From IMG/VR virus record IMGVR_UViG_3300031521_000025, positions 47,458-111,457 of that record: a DNA stretch of 64,000 nt. One strand, 5' to 3'. The notes beneath the pieces are model-generated. The model saw nothing but the letters and a program-made list of their open reading frames with translations. It ran no database searches and was not told the origin of the DNA. Every line of letters begins with the position of its first letter. Positions within the stretch are counted from its first letter, which is position 1. The position numbers and the translations under genes were made by a program. Of this stretch, positions 55,593 through 64,000 are shown piece by piece. The stretch comes from a virus.

Positions 55593-56075
55593 ATGAAATA
55601 TGTTTTTTTATTCGCTTTTCTTACAGCATCAGTATGCTTAAAAGCTCAAGATTGTGTAGACTATTGGAATTATTGTCATAATGATACAGTAAACAACTAC
55701 CATGATAGTTATAAATTAGTCGTTGACGGAAAAGGAAGAGGAGTAAGTGTTAGTGGTTTTGTGCTTGATACAGAAACAGTAGAAACAGAGTTTACTCTTT
55801 CGCCTGGAAGGGATTACAGAATGAGTGTTTGTAGTGGCTCTAAAAACAAACCAATTATTAAGTTATATGAATTTGGAACTCAAAATGTAATTTATAGTAA
55901 TGTTGAAAATGATACTATAAGTGTTTTTGAGTTTGAACAAAGATTTGTTGTTAAAGTAAAAGCGGTAGTTAGTTTACCTGCTCAAAAAAGAAAATCTACC
56001 GCAGGAATGTTGAAACTTAAAACTCAAAGATATTGTTTAGGCTTCAAACTTGAATCAATGATAACTCGCAAATAA
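55593..56075 (+). CDS. secreted/periplasmic protein with signal peptide
   Basis: MKYVFLFAFLTASVCLKA|Q signal peptide and paired Cys residues. Confidence 0.65.
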   Translation: MKYVFLFAFLTASVCLKAQDCVDYWNYCHNDTVNNYHDSYKLVVDGKGRGVSVSGFVLDTETVETEFTLSPGRDYRMSVCSGSKNKPIIKLYEFGTQNVIYSNVENDTISVFEFEQRFVVKVKAVVSLPAQKRKSTAGMLKLKTQRYCLGFKLESMITRK

Positions 56076-56092
56076 CAAAGTATTTTTTTAAG

Positions 56093-57229
56093 ATGAATAA
56101 CAAGAGACATATACATATAATAAGCCAAGAAAATGCAAGTATAGGCGAAGTAACAAAGGATATTGTTGATGGGTTGAAAAATGATTTTGTAATTACAGAA
56201 GAGTTCTTAGGAGAAATTCCAAAAACTAAAGAAATATTGTTATGTCATTATATTTCACCTGCAATAGTAGAACATGAATGCTTTAAAGATTTTAGATATA
56301 AAGTTTTAATATTTCCAATAGATGGAACAAAGTTAATTCAAAAATATATTGATTGTCTTAATCAATTTGATTTAATAATTACTCCAGCTCATGCAGGTCT
56401 TAGAATTTTAAAGAATAATGGTGTTACAACTCATATAAAAGTTATACCTAATTTTTGGAAAAGGGAACATTTAGAAGCTCCTTTAAAAATAAAGCAAAAA
56501 AGTTTAGATAAAGAAATAAAAGATAAATTTGTTTTCTATTATGAAGCAAATTTATACCCAAGAAAAGGATATGAAGAATTATTGTATAATTTTACCAAAG
56601 AGTTTTCTAGCAATTCTTTTGAAAGCGAAGCAGTTCTTCTTATTAAAACAGATAATTCTTTAAAAACATATGAATATTTTGAAAAGTTAAAAGAAAAAAT
56701 AATTGAAATACAAAATCAATATGTTTTCCCTGCTAAAATTGTAAAAATATCACAAAATTTAAAATTTGATGATTTAAAAAAAATTTGGCATAAGATAGAT
56801 TGTTATGTACATCCTGCAAGAATAGAAGGGTTTGGTATTCCTTTATTAAGAATGTCTGTTTTAAATAAGCCAATTATTGTTTTAGATAACATTAATAGCG
56901 GATATAATGATTATCTTAATTTTTATCCTTGTTGTTTTAAAATATTTTCTCATAACGTTATTGCTTTAAACGAAGTAAATAAAGTGTACTCTGAATCTTC
57001 TCAATGGAAAATTGCAGAAGAAGCTTCTTTTAGAGAAACTTTAAGGCTTGTGTATCAAAAATATAAAGCAAAAGAATATAATTGTGAAGAAAAAATACAA
57101 TTTTTTAACTTTCATTATTACATTAAAGATTATTTATACGAAAATATCATGAAAGAATATAAAAAGACTTTTGAAAGTTTTGAATCTAAAAACCTTTTTG
57201 TAGAATCTAAATTTATAAGTAATGAATAG
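56093..57229 (+). CDS. GT-B (GT4-like) glycosyltransferase
   Basis: RKGYEELL, L.IKT, DCYVHP.R.EGFGIP. Confidence 0.82.
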   Translation: MNNKRHIHIISQENASIGEVTKDIVDGLKNDFVITEEFLGEIPKTKEILLCHYISPAIVEHECFKDFRYKVLIFPIDGTKLIQKYIDCLNQFDLIITPAHAGLRILKNNGVTTHIKVIPNFWKREHLEAPLKIKQKSLDKEIKDKFVFYYEANLYPRKGYEELLYNFTKEFSSNSFESEAVLLIKTDNSLKTYEYFEKLKEKIIEIQNQYVFPAKIVKISQNLKFDDLKKIWHKIDCYVHPARIEGFGIPLLRMSVLNKPIIVLDNINSGYNDYLNFYPCCFKIFSHNVIALNEVNKVYSESSQWKIAEEASFRETLRLVYQKYKAKEYNCEEKIQFFNFHYYIKDYLYENIMKEYKKTFESFESKNLFVESKFISNE

Positions 57230-58337
57230 TAAAACAATTGGAATAAAATATATTTGTCCTAGTGGAAACTCAGGATATGCAGAGGCTGCAAAAGATTACA
57301 TAATAGGTTTATCTCAAACCGATATTCCTTTAACAGTTTCTTTAATGAAAATGGATAATTCAAACTATTTGCAAGGCGAAAGAAATCAAATTGTTAATAA
57401 ATTTGTCAATAAAGTTATTAATTACAATAAAGTTATTATACATTCTACACCTGAGTTTTGGAATAAAATTTATATTGAAGAAAAAACAAAAAACAAAGAT
57501 GTAGAAGTAATTGGAATGGTTGTATGGGAAACCAGTAAAATTGATGATAGATGGATTGAATGGATTAACGAAGTTGATAGGGTAGTTGTTCCTTGTTTTC
57601 ATAATAAAGAAGTTTTTTTAAATTGCAACATTATTAAACCAATTGAAGTTGTTCCTCATATTTTTAAACCTTTAGTTGAAACAACTTTAAAATTAAGTGA
57701 AGTTAACAATAATGATTTTGTTTTTTACACTATAGGTCAATGGTCTGTCAGAAAAGGAGTAGAAGATACAATTAAAACTTATTTAAATACTTTTAATGAT
57801 AATGATAAAGTTTGTTTAATAGTTAAAACTTTTAAAAGTAATTATGCAGAAGAAGAAAAGCAGAAAATAAAAAATAGAGTTAATTCTTTAATTTCGCAAT
57901 TTCAACATCCTGCTAAAGTTGTTTTAATTACTGATGAATGTACAGATGAAGAAATTTCTGCAATCCACAAAACAGGAAGTTGTTATGTAAGTTTATGCAA
58001 ATCTGAAGGTTGGGGTTTAGGGGCTTTTGATGCAGCAGGGTTAGGTAAATCAGTTATTATTACTGGTTACGGAGGTCCTGTAGATTTTTTACTTCAAGAA
58101 ACTGTTAAAAATGAATTAATTTCTGTAGAAGGTATGGAATGGATTCCTTGGTATAATAATACTCAAAAATGGGGAAACCCTGATTTGAAACATGCAAGTG
58201 AATTAATGTTGCTTGCAAAAGAAAATCAAAACAATGATAACTGCAAATCTGTTTTAAAACAACAATCTGAAAAAATACAAAAAGAATATTCTTATAGTTT
58301 TATTACTCAAAAATTAATATCCTTTTTAAACAGATAA
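57222..58337 (+). CDS. GT-B (GT4-like) glycosyltransferase
   Basis: SGYA, VWET, RKG, CYVSL..SEGWGLGAFDA, TGYGG..DF. Confidence 0.88.
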   Translation: MNSKTIGIKYICPSGNSGYAEAAKDYIIGLSQTDIPLTVSLMKMDNSNYLQGERNQIVNKFVNKVINYNKVIIHSTPEFWNKIYIEEKTKNKDVEVIGMVVWETSKIDDRWIEWINEVDRVVVPCFHNKEVFLNCNIIKPIEVVPHIFKPLVETTLKLSEVNNNDFVFYTIGQWSVRKGVEDTIKTYLNTFNDNDKVCLIVKTFKSNYAEEEKQKIKNRVNSLISQFQHPAKVVLITDECTDEEISAIHKTGSCYVSLCKSEGWGLGAFDAAGLGKSVIITGYGGPVDFLLQETVKNELISVEGMEWIPWYNNTQKWGNPDLKHASELMLLAKENQNNDNCKSVLKQQSEKIQKEYSYSFITQKLISFLNR

Positions 58338-58420
58338 AAATATACTTTTTTTACAAAATTAATTAAAAACTTGTATTTAAAAATAAATTTTAAGTATTAA
58401 TTAAATAAAAATTAGAAAAA

Positions 58421-58594
58421 ATGTTAACTTTAGCAGCAGAAAAATTATTATCATATTTTAATAGATATAAAATATCATCAGGTGATTATTTTTATCATTT
58501 AGCAAAATTCCCAAAAGCAGAAAAAAAAGGTGATTTTGCATCAGCTTTTAATGAATTGCTTGAAACATACGGATATACTCCTTTCTACGCTTAA
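58421..58594 (+). CDS. 57-aa protein, paralog of the N-terminus of 58603..59271 (not in track)
   Basis: MLTLAAEKLL...GDYFYH...PKAEKKGDFASAFNELLETYGY vs MLSNAAQKLL...GSYYYH...PKAERRGLFASAFDELLGIYGY. Confidence 0.8.
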   Translation: MLTLAAEKLLSYFNRYKISSGDYFYHLAKFPKAEKKGDFASAFNELLETYGYTPFYA

Positions 58595-58602
58595 TAAATA
58601 AA

Positions 58603-59271
58603 ATGTTAAGTAATGCAGCTCAAAAACTATTAACATGGCTAGGGGTATACGATTTTACCCCTGGTTCATATTACTATCACTGCATTTATCACCCAAAAGC
58701 AGAAAGAAGAGGTCTTTTTGCATCTGCTTTTGATGAATTATTAGGAATTTATGGATATCAATCTGAATATCCAATTGAGCCGTTAACTCTTGACTATATA
58801 ATTAACCAATCTCCAAATCATGGTGATTTTACTTTAGATATTACAGCGGTAGATGCTTCTTATAAAGCAAAAAGTTTAAATTCAAATGCTACTACTGAAG
58901 TTAAAGCAGGACAAATCATCGTTGATGAAAATGGCGAAGAAATTAGTATATCTGCAAATGATGCAAGTTTAAATAATTTAAGTGTAAACAATACAATTAT
59001 TGATAATGTAGCTGATGCTAAAGAAAATAATCAAGCTACAAACTTAGGTCAAGTAACAGCTATTGTTACTGAAAAAACTTCAACATATGTTTATAATCAA
59101 TTAACACCTTCTACTGATTGGACTATTAATCACAACCTAAATAAATTCCCAACAGTAACGGTAGTAGACTCTGCAGGTACAGAAGTTTGGTGCGAAGTAT
59201 ACTATATTGATTCAAATACAATTAAACTACAATTGTCTGCTCCATTTAGCGGAACTGTTTATTGTAATTAA
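58603..59271 (+). CDS. virion structural / tail-fibre-associated protein
   Basis: C-terminal W.I.HNLNKFP.V.VVD...G module typical of phage fibre proteins. Confidence 0.6.
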   Translation: MLSNAAQKLLTWLGVYDFTPGSYYYHCIYHPKAERRGLFASAFDELLGIYGYQSEYPIEPLTLDYIINQSPNHGDFTLDITAVDASYKAKSLNSNATTEVKAGQIIVDENGEEISISANDASLNNLSVNNTIIDNVADAKENNQATNLGQVTAIVTEKTSTYVYNQLTPSTDWTINHNLNKFPTVTVVDSAGTEVWCEVYYIDSNTIKLQLSAPFSGTVYCN

Positions 59272-59381
59272 AAACCAACATTTACTTTTCATTATTTCAA
59301 TTTAATTGATTTTATATGTATTTAATACAAGAATATTGCTTAAAAGTAATATTTAAATTAAACGTATAAAATCAATTAATA

Positions 59382-60575
59382 ATGAAATTACTTACCAACC
59401 TCGATCTTGGGAAAAACCAAATTCTTAATGTAGCTTTACAAAATTTAGCAGTACATCCAGGATCTCCAGCAAATGGACAAATTTATTATAACACTACAGA
59501 TAAAGCAGTTTATTTTTATGATGGAACTGCTTGGCAATCTGTTTTAGGTGATATAACTTCTGTAAATGCAGGAAATGGTTTAACTGGTGGTGGTGCTTCA
59601 GGAACTGTTTCTTTAGGTGTGTTAATAGATGGTTCTACTCTATCGGTAAGTGCTTCTGGAGTTAAAATTTCAAGCGGTGGTGTATCAGCAACAGAATTGG
59701 CTTCAAATGCTGTTACAACTATTAAACTTACAGATAAAAATGTAACTTTTGCAAAAATTCAAGATGTTGCTACTATGACTGTATTAGGTAGAGTAACAGC
59801 AGGAACAGGAGTTACTGAATCAATTGGAATTGTAACAGATTTAGCAAATGCTTCAGCATCTACGTTAGCAACTTCTACAGCTATTAAAACTTATGTTGAT
59901 AATACTTTAACAGGGTTTGGAAACCTTGAAGGTAGTTTTGATGCTACAAATACAACCTTTCCAGTAGGTTCGGGTGGTGGAACAAAAAAAGGTGATTATT
60001 GGTATGTTTCTACACCTGGCAATATTGGAGGTTTACATCAACTTAATACAGGTGATGTTTTAATTGCAAATAAAGATAATGCTTCTACAACATCAGCTGC
60101 AGATTGGATTTTTCTTGAAAGTAATTTTAACCAAGCAACTACTACTGTTTTAGGTTTAGTAAAATTAGCAACAAATGCTTTAGGTCAAGGATTAACAGAT
60201 ACAACTTCTGTGATTACTCCAGCTGTTTTAGGGACAATTCTTGCTTCTGAAACTCAAAAAGGTATAGCTCAAGTAGCTACACAAGCTCAATCAGATGCAG
60301 GAACTGACGATACAACAATTGTAACTCCTAAAAAATTAAAAGCTACTTTAGATTCTAGAACTGGTGGTTATGCTGTTAGTTTAGGAGATGGAGTAGCAAC
60401 AGCATATTCAATATCACATAACCTTGGAACTTTAGATGTAATAATTGACCTTGTAGAAGTTTCAACTGGAGCTACTGTATATACTGATATTTCAAGAACA
60501 TCTACAACAACCATAAATATATCATTTTCTGTTGCACCTACAACAAACCAATTTCGTGTTGTAATAAAAAAATAA
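59382..60575 (+). CDS. tail-fibre-like structural protein
   Basis: Gly/Thr-rich; ATTT..G.V.LAT and AS....GI...AT repeats; C-terminal HNLGT.DV module. Confidence 0.7.
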   Translation: MKLLTNLDLGKNQILNVALQNLAVHPGSPANGQIYYNTTDKAVYFYDGTAWQSVLGDITSVNAGNGLTGGGASGTVSLGVLIDGSTLSVSASGVKISSGGVSATELASNAVTTIKLTDKNVTFAKIQDVATMTVLGRVTAGTGVTESIGIVTDLANASASTLATSTAIKTYVDNTLTGFGNLEGSFDATNTTFPVGSGGGTKKGDYWYVSTPGNIGGLHQLNTGDVLIANKDNASTTSAADWIFLESNFNQATTTVLGLVKLATNALGQGLTDTTSVITPAVLGTILASETQKGIAQVATQAQSDAGTDDTTIVTPKKLKATLDSRTGGYAVSLGDGVATAYSISHNLGTLDVIIDLVEVSTGATVYTDISRTSTTTINISFSVAPTTNQFRVVIKK

Positions 60576-60605
60576 TTACAAAATTATATAACTGAAAGAT
60601 AAAAA

Positions 60606-63600
60606 ATGAAAATTTTAAATAATTTAATAGTAGCTGGAAATGCATCAGCTAAAAACCTTTCAGGAACAAATACTGGAGATCAAGATTTATCAGGTTTAGT
60701 TTCTTATACTGGAGCAGTCTCAGATATTTCTATTAACAATAAAAGAATAACTGATGTAAAAGAAGTTCAATTTTCAAATAATATTATTTTTACTTCTGAA
60801 CAAAAAGCAGCAATGCCAATTGGCACTAAATTTTGGGATTTTACTAATAGATGTTTAACAACAAAAGTATCTGTTGATGTTTTCGTTCAAGAAAATCAAG
60901 AGCAAAATTTATTGCTTAAAAACAATTCTGCAAGCATATTACTTAACGGTAGATATGTTCGTATTGTTGGGTTTGATGCTGTATCCAATTTGTTTTTAGT
61001 TGAATATTCAGATAACTCTACTTTAGAATCTTCTTATGTAGATTACATGTTGACTGAAGATATTTCAATTGGTGAAGTTGGTATAGGTATTAAAAATGGT
61101 ATTGTACATGACCTAAACACAACTGGAGGGATAAGCAATAACCCTGTATATTTAGGCTTAAACGGTCTGCCTTCTTCAACAAAACCGTTGTTTCCAAACT
61201 ATATAGTAGTAACTGGAGTATATGGAAATATTGACTCTACTAATGGAAATATTTTAGTTGATGTAAACAAACCAGCGCAATACTCTATTAATGATTTGCA
61301 AACACAAGTTGATTTAAAAGCTATGCAAAATCCTGGTGTTTGTCAAAAGTTGCCTGTTAAACCGGTCGATATTGTAATTGATCCTATTGCTTTAACATTA
61401 ACAATTGCTACAATAAATAATGGTCAAACGATCTCTGCATCTAACCCAATCCGTATATTCACAGATGGATCAGGTATCATAAATAAATGGGAGAAAACTA
61501 CTCCTCAAACTGTATCATTTACAAAAACAAATGGTGTATGGTATTTTCATTTTGATAATACAGGAACATTGGTAGCTACTCAAACTCCTTGGTCTGACTT
61601 TAATATAATTGCTGCAATATACAGATTTTACTTGAATGACCAATTAGCTAATGCTGATATGATTACAGTAAGAGCATGGGAAGTCCATTTAAATGATATT
61701 TCAGCATCTGATCATGCATGGAAACACGCACAAGGTACAATTTATGAAAGCGGATTTGATATTGTATGTACACCTTTAGCTACAGGTACTCCAAATACTT
61801 CTGGGATAAACACATGTATATCATTAACTACTGGAAAAAACTCGGATGATGGATTGGAGTATACAGTAACAAATACTCAAACTCCTACTTTAGGATTTCA
61901 ACAAGATTTAGGTATTACAACTGCTGCTAATATAACAGTATCAAATGGTGCTTTATTCAAAGTAAGAACTAACGATGCTCAAGGTAGATTATCGTTTTTA
62001 AATGCTACTCGTTTTCCATTTGCATGGGATACTGTAACAAATAGACCACAATATATAACTTCATTAGGAGTTAGAACTTTAGTAACAGATAATAGATGGT
62101 TCGTTTATTATATCTATGCTTTGCAAGATGACAAAGTAGGTGAAGCTATTAAAATCGTATCAGCCGAATCTGAATTTACATCTTTAGTGTTAGCTCAAGC
62201 TCATGCATGGGAAAATTTACAAGCTTTATATGCTACATTGAATGATAAAGAAATCAGACCTTTATATAAAATTATTTTTTATAATGACAATAGCGGTGAA
62301 GGAGCTTATAGTTCAGCTGTTAAATATACTGTCATTAGAGATTTTACAGATATTAGAAGACAAAAAGTTACATCAACCGCTGCTTCAACTGGAAGTGTAT
62401 TAGCTAGTAATGTAGTTACAATACCTACAGTAAATTTGCTAGGAACAAATGCTGAGACTAAGTTTACGGAAATTGATAATTATATTACTAATCATAGACC
62501 TTGGATAACAAGTGGTCATACAGGTAATGCTAACAAGTTAATGTCAACTGATGCTAGTGGTAATGCTAGTGAGACAGATTCTTTAAATACATATTCTAGC
62601 AAAATAGGATTTAAAGCCTACCATTCAACCGATTGGTTTAATACTGGCACCGTTAGCAGTAATGGGACTACGATTACATTTTCTTCTTCTGTTTTAACTA
62701 CGAATGTTAACAACGACGGACAGCAACCCATAATCAATATAGGAGGTGTATTTAGGGTGATATTAAATAGGATAAGCGGAACGCAAGCAACCATTGACTC
62801 GCCATTGCCTATTGAAGTCGTTAATTCAACCTACTACGCTAGGGCTTTGGCTTACAGCGGAAATCATATTTATTCTGACCTAGGGTATAGTGCTTTTTCA
62901 ATAGCTAATAATGCTCAAATAAATTCAAGATTCTTCTTATCTAATGGACTTGACAGTTATAAAGAAATAAGAATATGGGAAAAGCAGTTACTAGCTTCTA
63001 AAACATCGGGAAATTTCGAAAATGATGGTGCAAAATTACATTTTACAGACTTAACGCTAACACGTAGAGCTTTAGCAACAGAAGATAATTTCGTATCATA
63101 CCAACCAACTGCATTTTACTCAACTGGAACTGTATCAGTTTCGGGAACAACAGTAACGATAGTTGGTGGTACTTTTCAATCTTTATTAGCTAACAATAGT
63201 AAAATAAGATTTTCTAACGGAGAAGAAAGGTTAATTACTGGATATACTGATGTTACTCATATAACTATTGATAGAACAACAGGAGGAACACTTTCCGGAG
63301 CAACTTTCTCAATTTATTTGAAAAGATTATTTGATGATGGAACTAATTTAAAAACTATTTCTAATGCAGGTGTTTTATTAAATGTATTAGATGATTCACA
63401 TAAACCATTATCTACTAGTGGTCACACAGGGACGCCTTTAACAGTATTAGGGTTTGACGGTAGTGGAAACCCAGTTTTTAATAACCCTAACTCTCTTACG
63501 AGTTTAGTAACAATAACTGATAATACATCAAAAACAACAATAACAGATGCGGTTACATACGCAGGGTTACTTTTATCAAATAATACATTAGCAACCGCAA

Positions 63601-64000
63601 CTGTTAACCAAGTTGCTCCAGCTTTAATATTTGCAGGAAGTGGATGGGCTTCAACACCAGCTCAAAGTCAAAATGTTAAATGGGCAATTACAGAAGATAT
63701 AACAACAAGTGGTACAAATCCTACTTCAATGTTAAAATTTAGTGTATCTATAAATGGAGGTACTTTTACAGAAAGATTTAGCATTGGTAGTGATTATGTT
63801 ATAGGTAGTTTTGCATATATGTCTACTAATGGAAATAATCAATTTCAATTAGCAAATGTTGGAACAGGTTACAATCCAGGGTTGACAATGTATAACGCAA
63901 CAGATACAACAGAGGTAGCAACTATACAAAATTCACCAAGTATAAGGTTTACAAATAGAGCTTGGAATACAACAGCATTAGCATCAAAAACAAATACAAT
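60606..64000 (+). CDS. long tail-fibre / receptor-binding-like protein (runs off window end)
   Basis: ATG at 60606 (MKILNNLIVAGNASAKNLSGTNTGDQDLSG...). The frame is open wherever checked, including the final codons; Thr/Gly/Ser-rich. Confidence 0.7.
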   Translation, partial: MKILNNLIVAGNASAKNLSGTNTGDQDLSGLVSYTGAVSDISINNKRITDVKEVQFSNNIIFTSEQKAAMPIGTKFWDFTNRCLTTKVSVDVFVQENQEQNLLLKNNSASILLNGRYVRIVGFDAVSNLFLVEYSDNSTLESSYVDYMLTEDISIGEVGIGIKNGIVHDLNTTGGISNNPVYLGLNGLPSSTKPLFPNYIVVTGVYGNIDSTNGNILVDVNKPAQYSINDLQTQVDLKAMQNPGVCQKLPVKPVDIVIDPIALTLTIATINNGQTISASNPIRIFTDGSGIINKWEKTTPQTVSFTKTNGVWYFHFDNTGTLVATQTPWSDFNIIAAIYRFYLNDQLANADMITVRAWEVHLNDISASDHAWKHAQGTIYESGFDIVCTPLATGTPNTSGINTCISLTTGKNSDDGLEYTVTNTQTPTLGFQQDLGITTAANITVSNGALFKVRTNDAQGRLSFLNATRFPFAWDTVTNRPQYITSLGVRTLVTDNRWFVYYIYALQDDKVGEAIKIVSAESEFTSLVLAQAHAWENLQALYATLNDKEIRPLYKIIFYNDNSGEGAYSSAVKYTVIRDFTDIRRQKVTSTAASTGSVLASNVVTIPTVNLLGTNAETKFTEIDNYITNHRPWITSGHTGNANKLMSTDASGNASETDSLNTYSSKIGFKAYHSTDWFNTGTVSSNGTTITFSSSVLTTNVNNDGQQPIINIGGVFRVILNRISGTQATIDSPLPIEVVNSTYYARALAYSGNHIYSDLGYSAFSIANNAQINSRFFLSNGLDSYKEIRIWEKQLLASKTSGNFENDGAKLHFTDLTLTRRALATEDNFVSYQPTAFYSTGTVSVSGTTVTIVGGTFQSLLANNSKIRFSNGEERLITGYTDVTHITIDRTTGGTLSGATFSIYLKRLFDDGTNLKTISNAGVLLNVLDDSHKPLSTSGHTGTPLTVLGFDGSGNPVFNNPNSLTSLVTITDNTSKTTITDAVTYAGLLLSNNTLATATVNQVAPALIFAGSGWASTPAQSQNVKWAITEDITTSGTNPTSMLKFSVSINGGTFTERFSIGSDYVIGSFAYMSTNGNNQFQLANVGTGYNPGLTMYNATDTTEVATIQNSPSIRFTNRAWNTTALASKTNT

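Noticed and set aside
1135-57602. Antisense or shadow ORFs in the track (e.g. 1135, 2670, 3821, 3967, 9046, 9954, 11807, 13276, 15296, 23316, 23654, 24740, 27218, 28001, 28964, 35421, 35827, 36853, 38979, 39663, 41401, 42134, 44535, 47565, 57360)
   Set aside because: They overlap well-supported genes, show the F/L/I/S-rich composition expected from reading A-rich coding DNA in another frame or strand, and have no motifs.
1-64000. Bacterial chromosome or integrated prophage origin
   Set aside because: No rRNA, ribosomal-protein, integrase or att features. T4-like structural and replication genes are interleaved throughout, so host-like genes (hpt, queC, sigma, dnaE) are best read as phage-borne.

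Overview
A 64-kb segment of a very AT-rich, large (jumbo/T4-like myovirus-type) dsDNA phage genome. The host is probably Bacteroidota: there are no Shine-Dalgarno leaders, and NrdJ and Hpt look Bacteroidota-type. The + strand mostly carries replication, recombination and nucleotide genes: class II RNR, gp32-like SSB, RecA, 5'-3' flap nuclease, gp41/DnaB helicase, fused SbcCD, DnaE, a sigma70 factor, dNMP kinase, dCTP deaminase/dUTPase and Hpt. Interspersed - strand genes are mainly virion genes (tape measure, baseplate/tube, neck, tail terminator) plus a PolA-like polymerase and a RuvC-like resolvase. Tail-fibre-like genes lie at the right end. Main points: (1) Three essential genes (nrdJ, helicase, dnaE) are each fractured in two by a naturally split intein at a catalytic or conserved motif. 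Two carry an intact free-standing endonuclease gene between the halves, from two different families, and the third carries only a decayed remnant. (2) A dispersed 7-deazaguanine DNA-modification set is present: QueC, a second QueC-like protein, QueD with a catalytically dead paralog, and a DpdA-like transglycosylase co-located with a kinase and two glycosyltransferases. (3) A ~200-nt structured non-coding element contains a degenerate tRNA-like cloverleaf. (4) An atypical initiator-like tRNA-Met has U37. (5) A probable programmed frameshift occurs in the gp26/tail-chaperone-like gene. All calls come from motif reading by eye; no database searches were run.
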